Below, one piece after another: positions 50,386-58,921 of a stretch of DNA of 64,000 nt. Under the pieces are notes generated by a model. That model did not search any database. It saw only the letters and a list, made by a program, of their open reading frames with translations, and was not told where the DNA came from. The stretch is from positions 1 through 64,000 of the forward strand of contig JAZDCZ010000251.1 in assembly GCA_036679605.1 (NCBI GenBank). The letters are read 5' to 3'. Position 1 is the stretch's first letter. Every line of letters begins with the position of its first letter. This DNA is from Gemmatimonadota bacterium. GTDB lineage: Bacteria > Gemmatimonadota > Gemmatimonadetes > Gemmatimonadales > GWC2-71-9. Made by a program: the position numbers and the translations under genes.

Positions 50386-50482
50386 CTCAACCGCCGGCCA
50401 CGCAAACGCCTCGGCTACCGTACCCCGGAGGAATGCTATGAACCGTAATCCTCATTGTTGCACTTCAAACTTGATATCAAGC
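50386..50482 (+). mobile_element. IS30-family 3'-end scar
   Basis: LNRRPRKRLGYRTPEECYEP* (IS30 transposase C-terminal motif) followed by the end-like sequence gttgcacttcaaacttga. Confidence 0.8.
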
Positions 50483-50489
50483 GTCCTAA

Positions 50490-50600
50490 TAGACCTGTGC
50501 CCCAAAAGTTGGACAGGTTTGACCCCCGGCTTTTCCGATTAGGGTGGGGTCAGCAGGCTGTGGACGTAGGTCCACGGAGCCTGATCGCCTGAGGCGATCA
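50490..50600. mobile_element. Possible IS3-family terminal repeat remnant with hairpins
   Basis: tagacctgtgccccaaaagttggacagg recalls IS3/IS150-group ends (from memory). Hairpins gtggac-gtag-gtccac and tgatcgcct-g-aggcgatca. Confidence 0.45.
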
Positions 50601-50960
50601 CCGATTCGTAACTGTCTCCCTGACGAATTCACATGCACTAGAGGTCGGCGTCACCACACTACGGGTCGGCCACCCCAGAAGCTCTAGGTCTAGGTCACTG
50701 CGGTCGCTACCAGCATTGTTGCCTAGCACCTCGACCTCAACTGTATCGCGACGCCGATCTCATCAAATTTCACACCCTCTCTCCCACCTGCCGTCCCGCT
50801 GGAGCGCGAGTGGGGTGCAACAGCGACATGATTCACCCGCCGCTCTACTTGGGCAACCCTGGAGTCGCCATAACCGGTCACGGATGCGACATTCCACCGC
50901 GCGGTGGTTGACGCGGCATCAGACGGCTCTCACATTCACACTCCTCTAGTTCCAAGGCAT

Positions 50961-51816
50961 ATGATGGACGTGATCGTCGGTTATAGTCTGTCTTCACCCG
51001 TTGCGGCCAATATCGTGCGTGCTGCCCTTACCACGATCGGTGCCGAGGCAGTTCGGATCCGCAATCCACGCCCGTGGAAGATCAGAACACTGTCTCGGCT
51101 ATCTGCCCTCGTTGACGACCTCGCACCGTGGACGGAGGGTGCGATTGCGCGTATAGCCGCCATCCATCGCGCGCGCCTGACCATGCCGATCGTGGTTTAT
51201 TACCCGGACACAACCGAGGCGGCGGGAGCCGTCGGCCGGCTGCAGATGATGTCGGCCGTAACGCTCAAGATGCAAGTGCTCGATCGCTACGAGACCAAGC
51301 GCCTCCGCTCTCTATTGACACCACTCCTGGCTAACCTCCCGGAAGCCCAGTTCCGTGGCATGCTCGGCTTTATCCTGCCCCAGGTGTCACCACATGTCGG
51401 GCGGTTCGTCGACGCGGCCTGCCGGCGACTCGCTCGAGGCGCGAGCGACCATCCACAGGTGGCAGACCTGGCAATCGCGGCGAACGTGTCGCTGCGACAC
51501 CTGGAACGCCAGTGTCAAATCTGCAACGTACCCAACCCCAACCGTCTACTCGACATGGGTGATGCTGCTATGGATCGAGTGGATGGCTCTTGCGGAACGA
51601 GTCGGCAGCGAGCTGTTCGCCGCACAGATAGGGATCGCGAAGAAAGATCTGGCACGCATTAGGGCCCGGCTCCTCGGCGCCCACAGTGTCGGCCTACAAG
51701 GCCAGCCGCCCCAGCACACTTTCGTAGTCGCGTTCCTGGGCTTCGCGAGCGTCCTCGGTGTTGAATCTGACATGGCGGACGAAGTGCTGCGACGCATCGC
51801 GGGGGGGGGGCATTAG
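50961..51816 (+). pseudogene. Frameshifted AraC-like HTH regulator
   Basis: HTH VADLA.AANVSLRHLERQC...P.PNRLL. Removing one base near 51555 joins LD to WVMLLW...AAQIG...LARIRARLLG. Confidence 0.75.
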
Positions 51817-51864
51817 GGAATCCGATCGTTAGAAGAGCGGCGTGATGGCCGGGCACGGCGCGGA

Positions 51865-52105
51865 TGTTGTCAGCGGCTCATAGCCGCTACTCGGCTGATG
51901 TCGCTGATAGCGACGTCACGCATCGAAACATGCAGCAGCGAACATGACGGGGCCAAAACGGATCAATGTCGCTCTTAGCGACACCCGCCGAGCCGCGACT
52001 CTCATGTCGCGAGTTCCCCTGCAAGGACGTCATGCACCATCTTTTCAGCCGGCGACGTGGCGGCAAAGAGAGTAGGTTGAAACGAACACGCATGTCGCGA
52101 GCACC
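51865..52105. repeat. Hairpin-rich direct repeat, copy B (longest)
   Basis: Contains both halves of copy A separated by about 110 bp, plus the segment shared with copy C. Confidence 0.9.
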
Positions 52106-52497
52106 TACCACGCCGCCACCAATACATCCGTTTGCCCAAAGTCATCACCTACGAAGAGGAGTGGTTCGCCCCGTGCGACCGCCAGGGCGTAGCTGAAACA
52201 ATCTCCGAAGTTGAGAGCGGCAGGATGGCGGCCGCGGCCGAACTTGACCGCCGCGTCACGTGCCAGTCGCGCGTCTTCCTCTGTAACGGATACTATCTCG
52301 GCCCCGATCTCTCTCAAGAAAAGGTCGAGCTGCGGATCGGCCGACTCACCATACCGCCCCAACAGTACGAGTGCAGTTTCCACCACGGTTGCCGCCGAGA
52401 CTTGCCGAGCCGGGGCAGCCTGGATCGCCGCGATCAACCGGTCGGCCACTGGCTCGCTCACGAGAACGGCAACCATGGCCGAGCTGTCGAGAACCAT
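52105..52497 (-). CDS. vapC: VapC toxin
   Basis: MVLDSSA, FGRGRHPAALNFGDCFSYALA, LLFVGDDF..TD. Confidence 0.95.
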   Translation of the reverse strand: MVLDSSAMVAVLVSEPVADRLIAAIQAAPARQVSAATVVETALVLLGRYGESADPQLDLFLREIGAEIVSVTEEDARLARDAAVKFGRGRHPAALNFGDCFSYALAVARGEPLLFVGDDFGQTDVLVAAW

Positions 52498-52500
52498 AGA

Positions 52501-52752
52501 TCAGCTGGGAAGCCCGTGTTCGTCGTAACCAATGATCTCATCTGCCGAACGGGGGTCCGCAACCGGCAACCGGGCAAGCCGATCCTGTATTCGTCCGACT
52601 CTCTCACTGAGGTCGTTCCGACGGCACATACGTTCGCGTTCGAGCCGCTGACGCAGTGACTCGCGGATCGCCTCGGTGAGCGATTCTCCTGTTGCCCTGG
52701 CCAGTTCCCTTGCCAGGCGGTCGGTTTCGTCGTCTTTGATACTCAAGGCCAT
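52501..52752 (-). CDS. vapB: VapB antitoxin (Rv0623-like)
   Basis: MALSIKDDETDRLARELA..TGESLTEAI...IIGYDEHGLP. Confidence 0.93.
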   Translation of the reverse strand: MALSIKDDETDRLARELARATGESLTEAIRESLRQRLERERMCRRNDLSERVGRIQDRLARLPVADPRSADEIIGYDEHGLPS

Positions 52753-52821
52753 GTCTAGCTTTCGATATTATTATCTATAAGTCTATACCACGGTGCGGTG
52801 GCCGTCAAGATATCGGCCCGG

Positions 52822-52878
52822 CCATGTCTTCATCCGGCAACGTGGTGGCAAAGAGAGTAGGTTCATGTCGCGAGCACC
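52822..52878. repeat. Direct repeat, copy C
   Basis: ccatgtcttcatccggcaacgtggtggcaaagagagtaggttcatgtcgcgagcacc matches 52037-52105 apart from a 12-bp indel and a few substitutions. Confidence 0.88.
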
Positions 52879-52924
52879 CCTGTCACTATCACCCCCACCC
52901 CGACGTTGCCAGGACAATCATAAA

Positions 52925-53788
52925 GTGAAACGAATCGCAGTTATTGGCGCAGGAACGATGGGCCACGGTATTGCACAGATCGCTGCAATGGCGGGCTGTG
53001 GGGTTAGGCTCACCGACTCCAATGCCGAAGTACTAGCCGCCGCACCAAGCCGAGTCGAGAAAAACCTGCAAGGCGGGGTATCACGCGGCAAGACGTCAGC
53101 AGACGACGCCGATGCGGCGATCGCACGAATCACTACCACTCCGTCCATCGAGGAGGCAGTCGGCGACGCCACGTTCGTGATCGAAGCGGTGTTGGAAGAC
53201 ATCGACGTCAAGAAAGATCTTTTCCGTCAACTCGATCAGCTAACGAGCCCGGATGCTGTTCTCGCGACGAATACATCCTCGCTCTCGGTGTCCCAGATCG
53301 CCTCGGCTACGAACAACCCCGGCCGCGTTGTGGGCATGCACTTTTTCAATCCGGTCCACATCATGAAGTTGGTCGAGATCATCGCCCATCCTGATGCCGA
53401 TTCCGATGCGGTTGCCGGCACTCGCGCACTGGCCGAGGAATTCGGCAAGCAACCGATCGTGGTGCGCGATACACCCGGCTTCGCATCCTCTCGTCTTGGC
53501 GTGGTCCTCGGACTCGAGGCCATGCGCATGGTCGAGCAAGAGGTCGCGTCACCCGAGGATATCGACAAGGCGATGGTGCTGGGCTACGGGCACCCCATGG
53601 GTCCACTCCGAGTTTCCGACCTGGTGGGCCTAGACATTCGGCTTGCCATAGCCGACTACTTACATTCACAGCTGGCCGATGCGCAGTACGAAGCACCTGA
53701 CCTATTGCGCCGCAAAGTAGAATCGGGTGAACTGGGCAAGAAGGTCGGCAAGGGATTCTACGACTGGCCCGACACGACCAAACCGTAA
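52925..53788 (+). CDS. 3-hydroxyacyl-CoA dehydrogenase (PaaH/Hbd-like)
   Basis: GAGTMGHGIA, EAVLE, TNTSSL, GMHFFNP, GHPMGPL..SDLVGLD, GKGFY. Confidence 0.95.
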   Translation: MKRIAVIGAGTMGHGIAQIAAMAGCGVRLTDSNAEVLAAAPSRVEKNLQGGVSRGKTSADDADAAIARITTTPSIEEAVGDATFVIEAVLEDIDVKKDLFRQLDQLTSPDAVLATNTSSLSVSQIASATNNPGRVVGMHFFNPVHIMKLVEIIAHPDADSDAVAGTRALAEEFGKQPIVVRDTPGFASSRLGVVLGLEAMRMVEQEVASPEDIDKAMVLGYGHPMGPLRVSDLVGLDIRLAIADYLHSQLADAQYEAPDLLRRKVESGELGKKVGKGFYDWPDTTKP

Positions 53789-53812
53789 CACTACGATAAG
53801 GATTGCACGACA

Positions 53813-54595
53813 ATGGATGAAAACAAAAACGTCCTGATAGAGATAGAAGGCCATGTTGCCAAACTCACGATCAACCGGCCGGAAAAGCTGAACGCTCTCA
53901 ACAACGAGACACGAAACGAACTGATGGATCTGCTTGACGATCTGGCGGTGAGCGACGATACGCGCGTTGCGATCATTACCGGGGCCGGAGAGAAGGCGTT
54001 CATCGCCGGCGCCGACATAAGTGAATTCGAGGGCCGCACGGCCGTCGATCAATATGAGGCCATGAGGGGACGCAACGTGTTCGAAGCAGTGGAGGCTTTT
54101 CCCAAACCACTCATAGCTGCGCTCAATGGTTTTTGCCTGGGAGGCGGATGCGAACTCGCGATGGCGTGCGACATCAGGATCGCTTCTGAAAAGGCAAAGC
54201 TGGGGCAACCCGAAATAAATCTGGGACTTCTTCCCGGCGGCGGCGGTACACAGCGGCTTCCGCGTCTGGTGGGGTTGGGTCGTGCGCTCAAGCTGATGTA
54301 TACGGGAGACATGATATCGGCAGCTGAGGCATATGAGATAGGATTGGTGGACGAGGTCGTCGCGCCAGAGAAGCTGAACGACCGGGTTGCCGAACTCGCG
54401 GCGGCGATCGCCAAGAAGAGTCCCGTGGCGCTCAGGTTAATCAAACGTTCGGCTCATGCCAGTACGCGCACATCGCTCGACGAAGGACTGCAGCAAGAGA
54501 AGGCACTGTTCGGAATCGCGTTCGCGTCCGAGGACAAGGCCGAGGGCGTAGCTGCGTTCCTCGAAAAGAGGCCTGCCAACTTCAAGGGCCGCTGA
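53813..54595 (+). CDS. Enoyl-CoA hydratase (PaaF/Crt-like)
   Basis: AFIAGADI, GGGCELAM, GQPEINLG..PGGGGTQRL. Confidence 0.94.
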   Translation: MDENKNVLIEIEGHVAKLTINRPEKLNALNNETRNELMDLLDDLAVSDDTRVAIITGAGEKAFIAGADISEFEGRTAVDQYEAMRGRNVFEAVEAFPKPLIAALNGFCLGGGCELAMACDIRIASEKAKLGQPEINLGLLPGGGGTQRLPRLVGLGRALKLMYTGDMISAAEAYEIGLVDEVVAPEKLNDRVAELAAAIAKKSPVALRLIKRSAHASTRTSLDEGLQQEKALFGIAFASEDKAEGVAAFLEKRPANFKGR

Positions 54596-54606
54596 GGAGG
54601 ACCCGG

Positions 54607-55461
54607 GTGCCCGGAGTCACCGACCTTCACGTTCACATTCAGCCATGGCGTCAACTCAAACCGCACATCGCCAAGGTCATGTGGCAGGGCCAGGAGGACC
54701 AGCGCGAACGCCTGATAGCGATCATGGAGGATCCCAAACTCCTGATCGAGCTGTTGGACCAGGCAGATATATGGCGAGTTGCACTGATCAACTATCCAAG
54801 CCCCGATCTGATGGGATTTACCGATGAGACGAACACATTTGCGGCGGAATACTCCAGGCACGCACCCGACCGACTGATTCCGTTCGGCGGCGTTCACCCG
54901 CGCTTCACAAACGATCCAGAGGGTCAGGTCGAAGAACTGATGCAGATGGGCATCCGCTGCCTCAAGATCCATCCACCACATCAGCTCTTCCCGGCCAACG
55001 CCTACACACAGGGCCTCGATGCACTGGGCCGGATCTACCGGCGCTGTGAGGAACGGGGTCTACCGGTCACTATCCATACGGGAACGAGCATTTTCCCGGG
55101 GGCGCGTTGCAAGTTCGGACGACCCATGGAAGTTGACGACGTGGCGATCGATTTTCCCGATCTCACGATCATCATGGCACACGGTGGCCGCCCGCTGTGG
55201 ATGGACGAGGCATTTTTTATCATGCGGCGTCATAAGAATGTCTATCTGGAATTATCGGGGATCCCGCCCAAAAAATTGCCGGAGTATTTTCCGCGCTTGA
55301 GGGACATTGCAGACCGGGTCGTCTGGGGCACGGATTGGCCCAGCCCCGGAGTCACGGACCTGCGCAAGAACCTAGATCAGTTCATGGCCCTTCCCTTTCC
55401 GGATGAGATGAAGCACAGCATCACAAGCACTAATCCGCTGTCGTTATTCCCGGAGGTCTAA
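54607..55461 (+). CDS. Amidohydrolase_2-family protein
   Basis: DLHVH, KIHP, IHTG, AHGG, WGTDWP. Confidence 0.9.
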   Translation: MPGVTDLHVHIQPWRQLKPHIAKVMWQGQEDQRERLIAIMEDPKLLIELLDQADIWRVALINYPSPDLMGFTDETNTFAAEYSRHAPDRLIPFGGVHPRFTNDPEGQVEELMQMGIRCLKIHPPHQLFPANAYTQGLDALGRIYRRCEERGLPVTIHTGTSIFPGARCKFGRPMEVDDVAIDFPDLTIIMAHGGRPLWMDEAFFIMRRHKNVYLELSGIPPKKLPEYFPRLRDIADRVVWGTDWPSPGVTDLRKNLDQFMALPFPDEMKHSITSTNPLSLFPEV

Positions 55462-56870
55462 TGCGCGGTGTGGCGCTGACGGCTGGACCGACACTCTTCA
55501 TTGTGACGATCGCGTTTCCGGCACCGGGAGCGCTGCCGGCGCCTGCATGGCACGTGGCTGGTCTCGCTGGTTGGATGGCCATCTGGTGGCTAACTGCAGT
55601 CGTACCACTTGAAGCCACATCCTTACTTCCCATCGTTATTCTACCGTTGGCCGGCATGCGCTCACTTCTCGACGTGACAGCATCCTATGCCGATCCGGTG
55701 ATCTTCCTATTCCTCGGTGGATTCCTGCTGGCGGCCACGCTCGAGCGCTGGGGCCTCCACAAGAGATTTGCGCTTGGGACCATCCGGCGAGTCGGGACCG
55801 ATGCGCCGCGAGTGGTGCTCGCGTTCATGATCGCGTCAGCCGTTCTCAGCATGTGGATCTCCAATACCGCGACTGCTGTCATGATGTTGCCCGTCGCAGT
55901 GGCATTGGTTGGTTCCAAGGTGGACTCAGGTGGATTCTCGACTGCCCTCATGCTTGGAATTGCGTATGCCTGTTCGATCGGTGGCGTGGCCACACTCATC
56001 GGCACCCCACCCAACGCTATTCTTGCCGGCGCCGTGAGTGAACTCACTGACCAAGAAATCGGATTCGCAGAGTGGCTCGTGGTGGGTTTGGCCATCTCGA
56101 TTCCCATGCTCTTCGCGTGTTGGTGGCTGTTGGTGAAGATGTTTGGGGTGCACGGCGAAGTCGCGGGCCTCAAGGAAACCTTAGAGAGCGAGCAGGCCAA
56201 CGTCGGGACCCTCTCCGGAGCCGAACGATTTGTCTTGAGTGTGTTCGGGTTGACCGCCCTGGCATGGATACTCCGAGCTCCCAAGTCCATTGGCGACATC
56301 CGCATCCCGGGGCTAACCGACCTGATCCCCGGCATATCAGACGCGGCGATCGCAATTGCCGCAGCGGTGATCCTCTTTGTGATTCCACTCAGCAAGTCAC
56401 GCTTCGACACGGCGCTCGATTGGGAGTCTGCGCGCAAGATCCCCTGGGGCGTGCTTCTGCTCTTTGGCGGCGGCCTGGCTCTGGCCGGTTCGTTCGGATC
56501 GAGCGGACTGAGCGACCAGTTGGGAAGCCTGTTAGTCGGCTTGAGAGGTGCTCCACTGATCCTAGTGCTGTTGGCCACCACAGCGAGCTTCGTTCTACTC
56601 ACTGAGTTGACTAGTAACACAGCGACCGCGGCTCTCGGAATGCCGCTCATGGTGGGCGTAGCCCAGGGACTCGGCGAGGCTGCACTACCCCTGATGGCCG
56701 CGGCTGCGCTGGGATGCTCCATGGCTTTCATGCTGCCGGTCGCCACCCCACCCAACGCCATATTGTTTGGCTCCGGGGTGGTACGATCACGTGATATGGC
56801 GCGCGCCGGTCTCCGACTAAATATCATTGCCATAGGTATAATTACCGTGGTCATATGGATTTGGACTTAG
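55461..56870 (+). CDS. SLC13/DASS sodium:carboxylate symporter
   Basis: SMWISNTAT, IGTPPN, LLFGGG, TSNTAT, PVATPPNA. Confidence 0.94.
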   Translation: MRGVALTAGPTLFIVTIAFPAPGALPAPAWHVAGLAGWMAIWWLTAVVPLEATSLLPIVILPLAGMRSLLDVTASYADPVIFLFLGGFLLAATLERWGLHKRFALGTIRRVGTDAPRVVLAFMIASAVLSMWISNTATAVMMLPVAVALVGSKVDSGGFSTALMLGIAYACSIGGVATLIGTPPNAILAGAVSELTDQEIGFAEWLVVGLAISIPMLFACWWLLVKMFGVHGEVAGLKETLESEQANVGTLSGAERFVLSVFGLTALAWILRAPKSIGDIRIPGLTDLIPGISDAAIAIAAAVILFVIPLSKSRFDTALDWESARKIPWGVLLLFGGGLALAGSFGSSGLSDQLGSLLVGLRGAPLILVLLATTASFVLLTELTSNTATAALGMPLMVGVAQGLGEAALPLMAAAALGCSMAFMLPVATPPNAILFGSGVVRSRDMARAGLRLNIIAIGIITVVIWIWT

Positions 56871-56920
56871 CAGGGGGCAGCACGGTATGTGCTGCTCCGA
56901 CCAGGAAATCGAGGGCGGCA

Positions 56921-57148
56921 ATGTCTGATCCCCAACCCATCGCGAATTTCAGGACGCGTCTTGAAGCAGAATCCGCGTCCGCCGCCCTCTCTGCAGAGGG
57001 AATCCCGTTTCTGATCCAGTCCGGTGAGGGAAGCGGCTACGGGCCGTTACCCGGTGGTGCAAGTATCTTAGTCCGTGCCGAACAGGCAGATCTCGCGCGA
57101 TCACTGCTCGCTGGCGTGGCCGAAACAGGAGCTGACTGCGATGTCTGA
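56921..57148 (+). CDS. DUF2007-like small protein
   Basis: EAE.....L.AEGI.......ILV...QAD.AR..L pattern. Confidence 0.75.
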   Translation: MSDPQPIANFRTRLEAESASAALSAEGIPFLIQSGEGSGYGPLPGGASILVRAEQADLARSLLAGVAETGADCDV

Positions 57149-57512
57149 CCGGACCCTAGTCGTGCTGGCAGCCGCGTTCGCGTTCACTGCGGTTGCGGCA
57201 GGTGCTTTTGGGGCGCACGCGCTAAAGGACCGACTGTCGACTGAGTCCCTGGGAATCTTTGAGACCGGAGCGCGGTATCAGATGTATCACGCTCTGGCCC
57301 TATTCGCAGTTGCCTGGGTCGGCACTCGATGGGAGACCAGACAGATCGCGTGGTCCGGCTGGTTGTTTGTGGCCGGCATAGTGATCTTTTCGGGTAGTCT
57401 GTACCTACTCGCACTGACGGGTACGAGGTGGCTGGGAGCGATCACGCCGGTCGGCGGGGTCTGCTTTCTCGCTGGTTGGATTAGTTTAGCATGGGCTGCC
57501 GCGCATAATTGA
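57141..57512 (+). CDS. DUF423 (YgdD/TMEM256) membrane protein
   Basis: GAFGAHAL, TGARYQMYHALAL, FSGSLY, GAITPVGG. Confidence 0.92.
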   Translation: MSDRTLVVLAAAFAFTAVAAGAFGAHALKDRLSTESLGIFETGARYQMYHALALFAVAWVGTRWETRQIAWSGWLFVAGIVIFSGSLYLLALTGTRWLGAITPVGGVCFLAGWISLAWAAAHN

Positions 57513-57556
57513 CTAGAACGCGGATGGGCTGCCGCAGATAATTGACTAGAACGCGG
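57491..57556. repeat. 33-bp near-perfect tandem duplication spanning the DUF423 stop
   Basis: atgggctgccgc[gc/ag]ataattgactagaacgcgg at 57491-57523 and 57524-57556. Confidence 0.9.
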
Positions 57557-57632
57557 ATAATTTGATCAGAATATCCAATGACGAATGTCCAATGTTAATG
57601 TTGAGTACTGAAATACATTTGCCGGAGCTAGT

Positions 57633-57998
57633 ATGAAACACGTAGTCGTCTTCTCGCTTGCCGTTGTCCTTCTGGCTGTTGCTTGCATCACCGAAAAGGA
57701 AGGCCAGATCTTCATCATTCTCAATACACAGCCGCCAGACACCACGTCGGACCCAGACGTAACGATCGCGGGCGAAGCCTTCCGCGACCCAAGACGCACC
57801 GATCCCACAGTAGTGGTCACCATAACGGGCGGTTTGGCGACCGTAGTGGATACGACCAACCCTTTCAGGTTGTTCGAGGTCACGGTCCCCCTGGTCAGAA
57901 ACGCCAAGAACAGGCTGTCGTTTTCGGCCAGCGACAACACGGGGGCAGTTTCGCAAAACATTGTAGAGGTGGTGATCGTTCAGCAGGATTCGACCTAA
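57633..57998 (+). CDS. Small Ig-like lipoprotein
   Basis: Lipobox AVA-C, beta-rich (VTIAG, F.VTVPL..N..N.L...A.D..G). Confidence 0.7.
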   Translation: MKHVVVFSLAVVLLAVACITEKEGQIFIILNTQPPDTTSDPDVTIAGEAFRDPRRTDPTVVVTITGGLATVVDTTNPFRLFEVTVPLVRNAKNRLSFSASDNTGAVSQNIVEVVIVQQDST

Positions 57999-58036
57999 CG
58001 GCCTCGCAAGACGATGGCAGCACTGGGTATGACCAC

Positions 58037-58912
58037 ATGAGCGCAATCGCCTACTTCAACGGCGAATTTCTGGCGAAGGATCGGATCAGCATCTCGCCGG
58101 ACGACCGCGGTTTCCTGTTCGCGGATGGGGTGTACGACGTGGCCTTGAGCTATGGCGGCAAGTTCTTCCGCATCGACGCCCATCTAGAACGCCTTGCCGA
58201 CGGTCTCCAGGCACTGGACATAGACGGCGTAAATCCGGCTGCCCTGGCTGGCGTCGCCCACGAGCTACTGCGGCGCAACGATGCCCAGACCGACGATAAA
58301 GCGATATACTTTCAAGTCACCCGTGGTGTGGCGCCGCGCAGCCACGCATTTCCAATCGAATCCGTAGAGCCCACCGTCTACGCCACTGTCATGCCGTTTG
58401 TGCGCAAGGGCGACGCTGCCAAGGGTACGTCTGTCGTTACGGCACCGGACATCCGGTGGACCCGCTGTGACATCAAGTCGATAGGGCTCACCGCCAATTG
58501 CCTGGCTAATCAGCGTGCTCACGAGGACGGTGCCACAGAGGCCATCTTCGTTCGAAACGGCGTTGCTCTGGAAGGCACTGCCTCGTCGTTCTTTGCAATT
58601 TTCGACGGGGTCGTAACCACGGCACCCAACAGCAACTACATACTGCCGGGGATCACACGGGCAGCGATCCTGGAAATCTGCGCCGGCCACAACATTGAGT
58701 GCACAGAAGCCCCGATCTTCGAGCGCGATCTCAAACGTGCTGACGAGCTATTTCTGGCTGGTACCACGACCGAGGTCCTCCCGATTGTCGAACTCGATGG
58801 AGTGGCAGTCGGCAACGGGCGGCCCGGACCGGTAGTCCAGCGCCTCGTCGAGTTGTTCCGTGAACTCGTTGAGTCGGAGTGTAGTGGAACTCCGGCGGTA
58901 CGGACCGCGTAA
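58037..58912 (+). CDS. PLP class IV aminotransferase (D-amino-acid aminotransferase-like)
   Basis: DRGFLFADGVY, QVTRG.APR.H.FP, RW.RCDIKS, ILPGITR, ADELF. Confidence 0.9.
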   Translation: MSAIAYFNGEFLAKDRISISPDDRGFLFADGVYDVALSYGGKFFRIDAHLERLADGLQALDIDGVNPAALAGVAHELLRRNDAQTDDKAIYFQVTRGVAPRSHAFPIESVEPTVYATVMPFVRKGDAAKGTSVVTAPDIRWTRCDIKSIGLTANCLANQRAHEDGATEAIFVRNGVALEGTASSFFAIFDGVVTTAPNSNYILPGITRAAILEICAGHNIECTEAPIFERDLKRADELFLAGTTTEVLPIVELDGVAVGNGRPGPVVQRLVELFRELVESECSGTPAVRTA

Positions 58913-58921
58913 GGCATTGAA

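Noticed and set aside
51801..51810. G10 tract as a phase-variation switch
   Set aside because: It lies in the last codons of the regulator, downstream of the real frameshift, so slippage would only alter the extreme C-terminus.
45011..52878. Repeats read as integron attC sites or a CRISPR array
   Set aside because: No RYYYAAC...GTTRRRY pairing, no intI or cas gene, and kb-scale irregular spacing.
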